From the NCBI GenBank assembly GCA_034660175.1, contig JAYEIQ010000020.1, forward strand, positions 1-59,694: a stretch of DNA of 59,694 nucleotides. Direction: 5' to 3'. This document shows positions 35,741-45,274 of the stretch, piece after piece (position 1 is the first letter of the stretch; the number at the start of each line of letters is the position of its first letter). The position numbers and the translations under genes were made by a program. Below the pieces are notes generated by a model. The model had not been told where the DNA came from. It worked only from the letters and a program-made list of their open reading frames with translations, and ran no database searches. The stretch comes from Patescibacteria group bacterium. Lineage in GTDB: Bacteria > Patescibacteriota > Minisyncoccia > Moranbacterales > DUUL01.

Positions 35741-38170
35741 TTATAATCCAATCATCATTAGCTGTGCATCAGAACTCACGAAATAGATCTTATTTTCTTT
35801 GACATCAAAGTGTAGATCCTTTGCACCAATTATCTTTGAGTTTTTGAAGGTTCTTTCAACATGGTCAGTTTCTTTATTGACCATTCCAACCACACCCTGT
35901 TTGTCATCGAGGACATAGTAGTAATCATGATCAATTGCAGTCGTGATTTTTGCTGGTGTTATCTTTGGCTCATAGTCAAGAAGGAATGAGTTCTCTTTTT
36001 TGTTCTTAAAATACTTTTCGATTGAGCCATCTGAATAGACAAGTCTAATTGAATCATCAATAACCATATCAGTGGCTCCTGAAGCGTCTATTGAATCTTT
36101 CAGCCAAACAACAGGCTTATCAGTGTCTCGTGAATAACGATAGATTTGACCAGACTTTCTGTCAAAAATATAAAAATAAGACAAATAAGATCCAACGCTT
36201 ATCACATCCAGCTCTTCCGGAAGATCGACTTTATTTTCGTCAAAAGATTTTGTCACCCTGTTGTAATTAACAACTTTTTCATTGGATACAAGAAGAATCA
36301 AATTGAGATTGTTTATAGTTCCTATTGTTCGAGGATTCTTGATGTGTTGACCAGCTGATATTTCTTCTAAAGTTCCATTGTGAGTTTCATATCGATAGAA
36401 AGAATTTAATGCTGTTAACATAAAAATGGATCCGTCATCATATGCCATAGAAACAACGTCAGCTTCTAAGTCAACGACTTTTTTGACTTCGGTTGTATTG
36501 TCATTGACTGAGGCTGGCTCTTTTTGTTCTTGCTGTGCTTCTTCGTCGAAAACTTGTTCATCTTTGGATGCGTCGTTTCTATTAGAAAAAATAGATACGA
36601 CATAGAAAATTCCAACAATAAATAAAAACAAAACAATGATTATTGCAATTATTTTTAAAGGAAATTTTCCTTCTCCATGAATGTCAGATTTTTGATCTGT
36701 TGCAGTTATTTTTTTTGTTGCATTTTTCGCCTTTTGAATCAACTTTTTTGTACCTAAAGAAAGGGTTTCTTTTTTCTTGAAAATATCTTTAATTTTCTCT
36801 TTGTAGATGTTGGTTTTCCGAGAATCTTTACTCCAAAAATTCTTTAATTTCATGTCTGTTTTGTCTGAGAACTTTATATATTTCTTTTTGTCAACAATCA
36901 GCATATCTTCTTCAAAAAAAGAATTGGACGATAGTGAACTTTTTTTTATTTTTTTAACTGGTGGAATTTCAGTAGAAAATTTTTCGCTATCAACACCTTT
37001 TAGTGATTCTTTTTTTGTAAAAATTTCTTTCTTTCTTTCCGCTCTCTCTTCTTTCTTAATCTCTGTTTTTTTTGATTTTATCCCTTTTTTGTTTTCAGAG
37101 AATGGAAGGTTCTTCTTTATTTTCTCCACTATTTTGTTCGATTTATTCTTTAGTGAATCGATCGCGGAATCTTCGCTTTCAGTGTTTCCTAATCCTTGGT
37201 CACCTTCTTTAATGAATAGTTCTGGTTGTTTTTCAAATGGAGAAAGATTTTTATTCTGAATTTCATTTTCCATTTTCTCGTTTTCTTCTTTTTCTTTCTT
37301 GTCTCCGTTGATTATGGCTTCTGTTTTCTTTGCGAGATCACTTTTGTCTTTTTCTTTTTCATCTTCCCTTTTTTTCATATCGTCTTTAGACTTCTTTTCT
37401 TTTTTATATTCATCATTTTTTCCAAAGTAATTCTTGTTTCTTCTCCTTTTGTTTTTTGCAGGAGCTTGTGCAATTGTTTTTTCTTGAAAATTTACCACTA
37501 TTGCACCGACATTTTCTCCTTCGGTCTCCAAGGTAGATTTAATAAGATTGTCAAATTCATCGGATGAAAAAGTATTCGAGTGCCTTTTTAGATCCTCAAA
37601 TGGAAGTGGTTCGTGGATAGAAGGTGTTGAGAAAATAACCTTGTCATAAATTTCAACAACTCCAGAAGAAACATCTGAAAAAGTCTTCATGGGATTGTTG
37701 GCTGGCTCATCAAGTCCTTTTGATATCTCAACTATTTTTTTATCTCTTATGAGAAATATTTTCCCTTTGTTTGTTTGTGTAAAAAAGAAATGACCGTTAT
37801 TAACCACCCCAATCGCAGCATCTAGCTTCCCATGCCATCCCACCAATTCATGTTGAGCAAGTTCAGCAAGTGCAGAGTTGGCCTTGTGAAGAGCGGCTTC
37901 AAAGCTTTCTCCTGTTGGCCTCTTTGAATTTTTGTAAAATTCTTTTCTGATAACTTGCGTAATGAGATTTGGTAAGTATGCTGATTGCTCAGAGTGATCG
38001 TGGACCTGAATGACACCGAAAACTTCACCTAGCTTGCTTTGAATTGGTGTTTCACCTTCAAGATGAAACACATTCAAAAAAGACTGCAACTGAGAATCCT
38101 TGCAGGCGACAATCTCAAAGTGATCAGTTTCTATGGTGGTTTCAGTTTTAGGGTGTATTTTTTTGACCAT
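35741..38170 (-). CDS. Large bitopic protein: PP2C-like N-terminal fold, K/E-rich linker, TM, extracellular beta-propeller
   Basis: FEAALHKAN...L...G..FL.RD-type N-terminal region, low-complexity middle, TM IIAIIIVLFLFIV, Y.FD....QIYRY blades. Confidence 0.6.
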   Translation of the reverse strand: MVKKIHPKTETTIETDHFEIVACKDSQLQSFLNVFHLEGETPIQSKLGEVFGVIQVHDHSEQSAYLPNLITQVIRKEFYKNSKRPTGESFEAALHKANSALAELAQHELVGWHGKLDAAIGVVNNGHFFFTQTNKGKIFLIRDKKIVEISKGLDEPANNPMKTFSDVSSGVVEIYDKVIFSTPSIHEPLPFEDLKRHSNTFSSDEFDNLIKSTLETEGENVGAIVVNFQEKTIAQAPAKNKRRRNKNYFGKNDEYKKEKKSKDDMKKREDEKEKDKSDLAKKTEAIINGDKKEKEENEKMENEIQNKNLSPFEKQPELFIKEGDQGLGNTESEDSAIDSLKNKSNKIVEKIKKNLPFSENKKGIKSKKTEIKKEERAERKKEIFTKKESLKGVDSEKFSTEIPPVKKIKKSSLSSNSFFEEDMLIVDKKKYIKFSDKTDMKLKNFWSKDSRKTNIYKEKIKDIFKKKETLSLGTKKLIQKAKNATKKITATDQKSDIHGEGKFPLKIIAIIIVLFLFIVGIFYVVSIFSNRNDASKDEQVFDEEAQQEQKEPASVNDNTTEVKKVVDLEADVVSMAYDDGSIFMLTALNSFYRYETHNGTLEEISAGQHIKNPRTIGTINNLNLILLVSNEKVVNYNRVTKSFDENKVDLPEELDVISVGSYLSYFYIFDRKSGQIYRYSRDTDKPVVWLKDSIDASGATDMVIDDSIRLVYSDGSIEKYFKNKKENSFLLDYEPKITPAKITTAIDHDYYYVLDDKQGVVGMVNKETDHVERTFKNSKIIGAKDLHFDVKENKIYFVSSDAQLMMIGL

Positions 38171-38402
38171 ATCTCAAAAACAATTCGGCATTGCTATGAA
38201 CATTGAAAGTATAATATATTATATTGTTGTAATTATTATAAAACAAAAAATGATTAGTAGCAAAAATTTGAAGACAACAGACTATTTGTTATATTGAACA
38301 GCGGTATGTTGAACTTTCTTTGCGAGGAAAATTCAGCCAAACAAAAAAGAACTCTTGGGAGCTCTCTGTTATGCTAATTTAAAAATATTTTTACTTATAA
38401 CA

Positions 38403-39566
38403 TCATTTCCTCCTGCTTTTTTCAAGTTCACTCATTGCATACAAAAACAAACTAGAGCTCCAAGCGAAAGGAACAGTAGATTTCCAAAAAAAGTTTCCAA
38501 AAGGTTTACCGTCAAGTTTATATGTCTCATAAAAATGTCCATTTTCAACAATCACCAAAGACAAGTCACGAAGAGTCTTTGTTGCTAGTTTAATATTTCC
38601 ATATTCGATCAAAGCAACAATAAGTATGCATTCAACCCATGGCCAGCTGATACCGTTGTGGTAACTATAAATACCAACTAGTGAGGCAAATGGATTAATT
38701 TTCCACCAAGGGTAAGGAGGATCATTGACGGGATGAAGACCACTTTTTTTCGATATGATCGATTCAACTTTAGAGAAAATCCACACAACCTGCCTTCTAC
38801 CAGCAATACCAAAAAGAGCTGCGAGTGTGTTTCCAGCCAAATCAAAATATTCCTGAGTCACATTCTCTTTTGAAACGCTATCAGCAAAGAAGTTTTTTCC
38901 TGGCAGCCAAAAAACATCTACAATACTTTTTCTCACAAGTCTAGCTGGGGGAATGTGAACGCTTCTTGCATATCCAAGTGATTTTGTCACCAAATCAAGT
39001 TGCTTAATCGCCTCAAACCAAAGACAGTTGGTATAAAGAACAAAACCTTTTTTGAACACTGTATCCATCCAACTACTCAAACCATGCTCATTTAGGAGGC
39101 ATCCTCTAATAAGTCGCTTTGTTGGGTAGAATTCCAAAGCACTTCGAGCTTTAAGAAAATTATCTTTCGCAAATTTTATATCACCAGTTCTTTCTACGTA
39201 TCGACAAAAGGCAATGACAAAAAGCAAATTTCCATCCATGGAAAAACCTGATCTGAGTGAGGAACGATAGACTGGCTTCAGTCTTGTGCGCAAAATTTTA
39301 ATTTTAAAAAGATACTTTACTTGATTAAAATCATTTGAAATTTTACGAGATATTTTGCCACTCTTATGCTGATACTTCATGAAAAGTTCAAGAGTTTTTT
39401 TTGCTTGCTCAAAATCACCAACTTCAAGCATACCAAACACGGCCCAAAAAGAATCACGAGCCCAATAATCAGAAAAATTCACTAGAGATGCAAAAACACC
39501 CCATTTTTTATAGCAAGCTCTTAAGTCTTTACAAGCGATTTTTTTTGCCTTCTGGATGTTATTCAT
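38403..39566 (-). CDS. Six-hairpin glycoside hydrolase (amylo-alpha-1,6-glucosidase/GH100-like)
   Basis: YWARDS, WMDT, YTNCLW, YHNG.SWPW, F.E, FAWS motifs. Confidence 0.75.
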   Translation of the reverse strand: MNNIQKAKKIACKDLRACYKKWGVFASLVNFSDYWARDSFWAVFGMLEVGDFEQAKKTLELFMKYQHKSGKISRKISNDFNQVKYLFKIKILRTRLKPVYRSSLRSGFSMDGNLLFVIAFCRYVERTGDIKFAKDNFLKARSALEFYPTKRLIRGCLLNEHGLSSWMDTVFKKGFVLYTNCLWFEAIKQLDLVTKSLGYARSVHIPPARLVRKSIVDVFWLPGKNFFADSVSKENVTQEYFDLAGNTLAALFGIAGRRQVVWIFSKVESIISKKSGLHPVNDPPYPWWKINPFASLVGIYSYHNGISWPWVECILIVALIEYGNIKLATKTLRDLSLVIVENGHFYETYKLDGKPFGNFFWKSTVPFAWSSSLFLYAMSELEKSRRK

Positions 39567-40200
39567 TTTTTATTTTATTTTTCTTCAACTTTTCTATTTT
39601 ATTACCACTTACAAAGAACTTCTCGAGAAGCTTCTTTTTGATTGCAGTTATATAAACAAAAACGAGCAGAGCAACAGCAAAAATAGCCCAACCCGCAAAT
39701 TTAATATAGCGATCTATTTGTTCAGCTGCAAAACCAAAAAAATAGCCCAAACCAACCAGTATTCCACTCCACACAACACCACCAAGCAAAGAATAAACAA
39801 GAAATTTTTGAAAAGGCATTCGAACAGTTCCTGCTAAGATGAAAGCAATCCAACAAAGTCCCGTTGTCGACTTTACATAGAAAACAATTTTTGCTCCGCT
39901 TTTATCAAATCGTTTTTCAAGTCTCTCAATCATTTCTTGTCCCACGCCCAACATTTTTTGTGATTTATCTGCAACTCGTTTTCCTCCGAAAAAACCAATG
40001 GCATACAAAATCACATCTCCTAAAATATCACCTGTTACACTCAAAACAAAAACAACGACCCAACTGAAAATTCCCAAGGAAGCAAGAAACGCTGCCAGCA
40101 TTGTTACTATCGGACCTTCCACAATCATCAAAAGCAACATAATGGGATATCCCCAACTAGGAAGTGACCTTGAAAGCTCTTCCACTGAGAATTCGAACAT
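39559..40200 (-). CDS. DedA family membrane protein
   Basis: VEGP, GD..GD..LYAIG..GG, AG..RMPF..F, VW.....LGY.FG. Confidence 0.9.
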   Translation of the reverse strand: MFEFSVEELSRSLPSWGYPIMLLLMIVEGPIVTMLAAFLASLGIFSWVVVFVLSVTGDILGDVILYAIGFFGGKRVADKSQKMLGVGQEMIERLEKRFDKSGAKIVFYVKSTTGLCWIAFILAGTVRMPFQKFLVYSLLGGVVWSGILVGLGYFFGFAAEQIDRYIKFAGWAIFAVALLVFVYITAIKKKLLEKFFVSGNKIEKLKKNKIKNE

Positions 40201-40355
40201 GAATAACTTTTAAGAAAAGTATGCTTTAATTATAAAAGGTTTCAACGTTGCTAGCAAGTTTTAAGACTGCTCATTTTCCGTGTCTGATACTTATTTTGTT
40301 TGCACCAAAAAAAAACGTGTGTTACACTTAACGTATAAAACAAAAACAAAATGAA

Positions 40356-40685
40356 ATGAGTACTACAAAAAGAAGACAGTCAAATTCAAAAAAGTCTTCG
40401 CATATCAAAGACATATTGTTGCAAGTTGGGGGAGTTTTTTTTCACAACCTTTTTGATCAAGTTAAAGAGGGAGTGAAAGTTAAACTTAATAAATTCCTGC
40501 AGAATGTGAAACGGGTTGCGACAGTTACATTTCTTGTTGTTGTTGGTGTTCTGTTTCTTTTTGTTGGTATGGCAAACTTAATTGATAGTGCACTGGGAAT
40601 TAAAGGATCAGGTTTTTTGTTTATTGGAATCGCTTTGACTTTGATGGGATATTTAATACACATGTTGGGAAAAAGTTCTAAATAA
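40356..40685 (+). CDS. Two-TM protein (YqjE/holin-superfamily-III-like)
   Basis: Amphipathic N-terminus, two TMs, basic C-terminus; adjacent to ElaB/YqjD-like gene. Confidence 0.5.
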   Translation: MSTTKRRQSNSKKSSHIKDILLQVGGVFFHNLFDQVKEGVKVKLNKFLQNVKRVATVTFLVVVGVLFLFVGMANLIDSALGIKGSGFLFIGIALTLMGYLIHMLGKSSK

Positions 40686-40722
40686 TTTATAAAGGAGAAT
40701 AACAATTAAACGCTAAAAGAAA

Positions 40723-40995
40723 ATGAACAAGATTACGGCAAAAAGAAAAGTGGCTCAAGCTAAAAGAAAAGCAAAAAACGTTGCTTCAAAAGCTGAAAAA
40801 AATGTTGAGCAGACAAGAAAGCAGGCAGAGAAAGAGGTTGCAAAAATTAAAAAAGAAATGGACAAAAGCATCAAAAAAGTTGAATCTTTTGTCAAGAAAA
40901 ACCCAGAAAAAGCAGCGTTGATCTCTGCTGGAATCGGCACAGCACTCGGAGCAAGCTTGGCAGTGTTTATGAAAGCAAAGAAAAAGAGAAAATAA
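40723..40995 (+). CDS. ElaB/YqjD/DUF883-like tail-anchored protein
   Basis: Lys/Ala-rich helix, then FVKKNP..AALISAGIG..LG and a basic tail. Confidence 0.7.
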   Translation: MNKITAKRKVAQAKRKAKNVASKAEKNVEQTRKQAEKEVAKIKKEMDKSIKKVESFVKKNPEKAALISAGIGTALGASLAVFMKAKKKRK

Positions 40996-41019
40996 CAAAC
41001 TTTACAGCAAGTCACACCG

Positions 41020-41053
41020 AGACACTTCAAGCTTATTTCGAAGTGTCTTTTTT
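41020..41053 (+). terminator. Intrinsic terminator
   Basis: AGACACTTC...GAAGTGTCT followed by T run. Confidence 0.65.
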
Positions 41054-41272
41054 GCACCAAAAACACCGATTTAAAGCAGTTTTTTATTGGTGATGTTCAG
41101 CATTGACATAAATCTTTCATAAGTGCTATCATTAAAGACAGAAAAGATAGTGTTTTACCCACAAAAAACATAAAAAAATAACAAGAAGGGGATTGATAAA
41201 TGTCATGAAGAAATGACATTATATTTTTGTGATAAAACCTTTTTGAGATAATTTATTTAAACAAAAAAATTC

Positions 41273-41956
41273 ATGAGCGATTTTGTTAAATTTGCAGTTG
41301 ATCAAGGCGTTCCAATTGAAACGGTCACATTGATCCTTATGCTGCCAATAGTTGTAACTATAATTGCTTTTTTTCGTCAGATCGTTGGAATAAAGGCTTT
41401 TGGAATTTACACGCCAACTTTGGTGACTTTTGCTTTTTTTGGAATCGGTATTGACGCCGACAGTTTTTTAAAAGGAATGAAATATGGAATTTCAATTTTC
41501 GTCACTGTAATTGCCATTGGCACACTTACCAGAATTATCCTTAAACGTCTTCGCCTCCTATATCTTCCTCGAGTTGCAATTGTGATCACCATCGTTTCTT
41601 TTTCAACACTAATGATTTTGATTCTTGGAGGTGCTCTTCAAAGAACTGGTCTTGCTAGTGTATCAATTTTCCCAATCTTGATTATGGTTGCATTAGTTGA
41701 AAAATTTGTTTCAACTCAAATAGAAAAAGGGGCACGTACTGCGGTCATCCTATCTGTAGAAACTCTCATTATCTCCCTGGTTTGCTATACAGTTGTTAGT
41801 TGGAGAGAGTTGGTAGGTTTTGTCCAACAATATCCATGGATTATTTTGATAATACTTTTGATAAACTTTGCTCTTGGCAAATGGACAGGTTTGCGTATCA
41901 GTGAATATATTCGTTTTAAACACGTCATCAAAAATGCTGAACATCCTAAAAAATAG
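41273..41956 (+). CDS. 7TM protein of the type usually fused to an inactive transglutaminase (stand-alone here)
   Basis: ILMLP...IAFFRQIVG.KAFG.Y.P, LLYLPR, FPILIM...VEKF, G.WTGLR..EY.RF. Confidence 0.85.
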   Translation: MSDFVKFAVDQGVPIETVTLILMLPIVVTIIAFFRQIVGIKAFGIYTPTLVTFAFFGIGIDADSFLKGMKYGISIFVTVIAIGTLTRIILKRLRLLYLPRVAIVITIVSFSTLMILILGGALQRTGLASVSIFPILIMVALVEKFVSTQIEKGARTAVILSVETLIISLVCYTVVSWRELVGFVQQYPWIILIILLINFALGKWTGLRISEYIRFKHVIKNAEHPKK

Positions 41957-43334
41957 CGAGGAGATTTTGGGCATGAACGCTCGAAACTTGAAATATATCA
42001 GACCATACAATCTTTCTGGCTCTAAACGTCTTGCTGACGACAAGCTTTATAGCAAGGAAGTTATGAAAAAGGCTGGATTACCAGTTCCTAAACTGATAAC
42101 AAGAATCAGATCCAGAAATGAGTTGGACGATTTTGATTTTGGAAGTTTGCCAAATAGTTTCGTTCTCAAGCCAAACTTTGGATTTGGCGGTGAAGGTATT
42201 TTGGTTGTTTATGGGAGAAGAAAAGACCAGGACAATGTATGGGTCAAAGCAGACAGAAAAATCATTACAGAAAATGATCTCAAAACACAAATTGGTAACA
42301 TTCTTGACGGTTCTTTCTCACGAACCAACACACCAGATATTGCTTTCTTCGAAGAACGTATCATGCTCAGCAAGGATTTCAAGCCATATACATACAAAGG
42401 CATTCCCGACATTCGCGTAATTGTATTCAATAGAGTGCCTGTAATGGCCATGTTACGAATTCCAACAGAGCTCTCCGGTGGAACATCAAATATGCATATG
42501 GGTGGAATCGGAGTTGGGATTGACATGGCAACTGGAGTTACGACGAGCGCCATTCAATTTGATCGATCGGTTGAATATGTTCCGAACAAGAGACTTCTAT
42601 TGAGTGGAGTAAAAATTCCTTACTGGGATGATATTCTCAATTATGCTGTCAAAGCTCAAGATGTTTCTGGGCTTGGATATCTCGGAGCTGACATCGCCAT
42701 TGATCGTGAACGTGGACCTGTTTTCATGGAACTGAATGCAAGGCCAGGTCTCTCGATTCAAAATGCAAATGAAGAAGGGTTGCTTGGACGATTAAGGAGA
42801 GTCGAGGGACTAAAAGTGAAAACAATTAAAAGAGCAATTGCTCTTGCACAAAATCTATTCGGCGGAGAAATTGAAGGGGAAATTGAAGATATGTCTGGAA
42901 AAAAGATAATAAGAACCATTGAGAAAATAAAACTCACCGGAAAAAATGGCAAAGAACTTGAAATAGAAGCAAAGATCGATACTGGGGCGCACTCAACTTC
43001 AATAGACAAAGATGTTGCGATCAAGTTAGGATTCTCTGATGTAATTGACTATTTTGACAAAATTGAAAAACCAAAAGACATCACAAGAAAAACAGGAAGA
43101 ACAATAAAGAAGGAAATAAGAAAAAAATATCTTGAAAAACATCGTGATTTGCAAGATATCGGCATTATCTATTCTCCAAGTGGTGCTACAATCCGACCTA
43201 AAATAATCCTGAATTACGTGATGGATAGAAGAAAAGTTGTCTCAAGAGCAAACATCGTTCGTAGAACAGATCTCAAATATCCAATGATCATTGGAAGAAG
43301 GGACCTCAAAAGATTTATGGTAGAAATTCAATAG
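41934..43334 (+). CDS. Alpha-L-glutamate-ligase-like ATP-grasp protein fused to a retropepsin-like (RimB-type) protease
   Basis: ILGMNARN..YI..YN, DDKL, FVLKP..G.GGEGI, PDIRVI, AMLR.PT, ELNARPGL.IQ.AN; C-terminal AKIDTGA.STSID and R....YPMIIGRR.L. Confidence 0.88.
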   Translation: MLNILKNSEEILGMNARNLKYIRPYNLSGSKRLADDKLYSKEVMKKAGLPVPKLITRIRSRNELDDFDFGSLPNSFVLKPNFGFGGEGILVVYGRRKDQDNVWVKADRKIITENDLKTQIGNILDGSFSRTNTPDIAFFEERIMLSKDFKPYTYKGIPDIRVIVFNRVPVMAMLRIPTELSGGTSNMHMGGIGVGIDMATGVTTSAIQFDRSVEYVPNKRLLLSGVKIPYWDDILNYAVKAQDVSGLGYLGADIAIDRERGPVFMELNARPGLSIQNANEEGLLGRLRRVEGLKVKTIKRAIALAQNLFGGEIEGEIEDMSGKKIIRTIEKIKLTGKNGKELEIEAKIDTGAHSTSIDKDVAIKLGFSDVIDYFDKIEKPKDITRKTGRTIKKEIRKKYLEKHRDLQDIGIIYSPSGATIRPKIILNYVMDRRKVVSRANIVRRTDLKYPMIIGRRDLKRFMVEIQ

Positions 43335-43339
43335 AAACA

Positions 43340-44272
43340 ATGACAAAAATTGTTCTGATCTTATTTTCCAAGCAATATATTGACAAAAACAAAAAAAGTC
43401 AAAAGCTAAAAAAAGGCTTTGAAAGCCTGTATATTTTTGCCAAAAAAAGAGGAATATGTTTTTGTAAGGCACCAATCTCCTGCTTTAATAAAAAAGAGGA
43501 AAGTTTTGATAAAGCCGAATTTTTTGAAAGTGGCCACTGGATACAAAAGCCAGACATAGTTCCGAATGTTATTTATGACAAAACGCCGTTCCATATTTGT
43601 GAAAAACTTAAAGAGGATCGAAGAAAAATATCACGAATTTTCACCTTTATAAACGATTTGGCTCTAAGCGAATTGATGAGTGATAAGTGGCTAACATACC
43701 AAAAATTCAAGATATATTCACCTAAAACTGTTTTAATCGAAAAGGGTGACGATCTGGGAAAAATAAAAAGCTTAGACTGTGAAAAAATAATTTTAAAACC
43801 GCTCTCTGGTTCTGGAGGAAGTGGAATAGAAATTGTAGATCATGAAAAAATTTCCAATAAACAATTTCCATACATAGCCCAAGAGCTTATAACAACAAAC
43901 ACGGGTATCAAGGGGATAGTTGATGGTCCTCATGATCTGCGTGTAATTATCAAAGATGACAAATTGATATATTCATATGTGAGAATTCCATCCAGAGGGA
44001 GACTACTGGCAAATCTTTCACAGGGAGCAAAGATCAAAGTGATTGATATCGAAAATTTACCGACGCAGATCCCAGAAATAGCATCACATATTTCAAAAAA
44101 ACTTGAAAATTTTCACCACAAACTTTATTCCATTGATTTTGCCTTCGACAAAAAAAACAAACCATGGATAATTGAAATGAACTCCAGGCCGGGGATTACT
44201 CTTGAAAAAGATGAAGGGGAAAAAGGAAGAATTCTCTGGGACAATTTAATTGAAATGTTTAAAAGTTGTTAA
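43340..44272 (+). CDS. ATP-grasp ligase (RimK/YheC-D-like)
   Basis: DKW, ILKP..GSGG.GI, AQELI, HDLRV, ANLSQG, SIDF, IIEMNSRPG. Confidence 0.85.
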   Translation: MTKIVLILFSKQYIDKNKKSQKLKKGFESLYIFAKKRGICFCKAPISCFNKKEESFDKAEFFESGHWIQKPDIVPNVIYDKTPFHICEKLKEDRRKISRIFTFINDLALSELMSDKWLTYQKFKIYSPKTVLIEKGDDLGKIKSLDCEKIILKPLSGSGGSGIEIVDHEKISNKQFPYIAQELITTNTGIKGIVDGPHDLRVIIKDDKLIYSYVRIPSRGRLLANLSQGAKIKVIDIENLPTQIPEIASHISKKLENFHHKLYSIDFAFDKKNKPWIIEMNSRPGITLEKDEGEKGRILWDNLIEMFKSC

Positions 44273-44279
44273 ATCGTAT

Positions 44280-45254
44280 ATGAAAAAAGTATTAATTTTG
44301 TTTGGAAGATCGAATTGGAAGAAAAGTAAACCCTTTGGCAACAAAAAATATTTATATTCTTATGAATATTTCTACGAACTGTGTAAGAAGCAGGGAATGC
44401 AGATATACAGGGCTTCATATCAGTGGTACAACCATGATAATAAAAAGTTTGATAATGCCTGGACTTTTGAAGGGAAAAACAAACAATGGAAAAGAGTAAG
44501 TGACATCAAGCCGGATCTGATTTTTGATAAAACAAAGGCCACGCCGGAAGCCTATTACGAAAAAGAAAAGATCGCTAAAGAGTATAGTTTTTTAAATGAT
44601 CTACATTTCACAAAGCTCATAGACAACAAGTTATATACAGGATTACTGTTTCCAAAATGGTCTAAGGGTAATTTATTAACAAAGAACGTGCGAGAGCTTG
44701 AAATTGCACTGGAAAATATTAAGTCTGAAACAGTAGTGCTAAAGCCACTCGAGGAAAGCGGAGGAAGAGGGATCATCATTGACAAAAAGGATGAGATTCT
44801 AAGACTAACAAAGAAAAATAATTTTGTTTTCACTCCATATATTGTTCAAGAGTTTATTAACACATCAGCAGGAATCCCTGCAGTTATGAAAGGAGTTCAT
44901 GATCTACGACTGGTTTTCATAAACGACATGTTGGTTTATTCTTATTATAGACAACCAGCAAAAGAGAAACTACTTGCCAATCTTGTTCAGGGTGGGAGAA
45001 TGGAAATTGTTTCTTTAGAGAAGCTTCCAAGAGAGCTGGATCCGATTATTAGTTTCACTCATAATATTTTTTCTCCATTTCCTTCCAAGATCTTTACTGT
45101 CGATATTATGTTTGATGAAATGCAAAAACCATGGATTGTCGAACTTAATTCAATGCCGGGGATGTATTTTGAGCCTGGACAAGAAAAAATAAGAAGGCAT
45201 TTTTATCAAAAATTACTTGAGGTAATCAGAAATGAATGTGTCAATCAGATATAA
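44280..45254 (+). CDS. ATP-grasp ligase, paralogue of the preceding gene
   Basis: NK, VLKP..ESGGRGI, VQEFI, HDLRL, ANLVQGG, TVDI, IVELNSMPG. Confidence 0.85.
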   Translation: MKKVLILFGRSNWKKSKPFGNKKYLYSYEYFYELCKKQGMQIYRASYQWYNHDNKKFDNAWTFEGKNKQWKRVSDIKPDLIFDKTKATPEAYYEKEKIAKEYSFLNDLHFTKLIDNKLYTGLLFPKWSKGNLLTKNVRELEIALENIKSETVVLKPLEESGGRGIIIDKKDEILRLTKKNNFVFTPYIVQEFINTSAGIPAVMKGVHDLRLVFINDMLVYSYYRQPAKEKLLANLVQGGRMEIVSLEKLPRELDPIISFTHNIFSPFPSKIFTVDIMFDEMQKPWIVELNSMPGMYFEPGQEKIRRHFYQKLLEVIRNECVNQI

Positions 45255-45274
45255 CAGGTAATCATTTAACAACA

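Noticed and set aside
38278-38370. Small hairpins in the gap between the large bitopic gene and the glycoside hydrolase
   Set aside because: Short imperfect stems, no recognisable riboswitch core, compatible with chance or a weak terminator
40356-40685. Phage holin suggesting a prophage
   Set aside because: No phage genes nearby; context matches the cellular YqjE/YqjD pair
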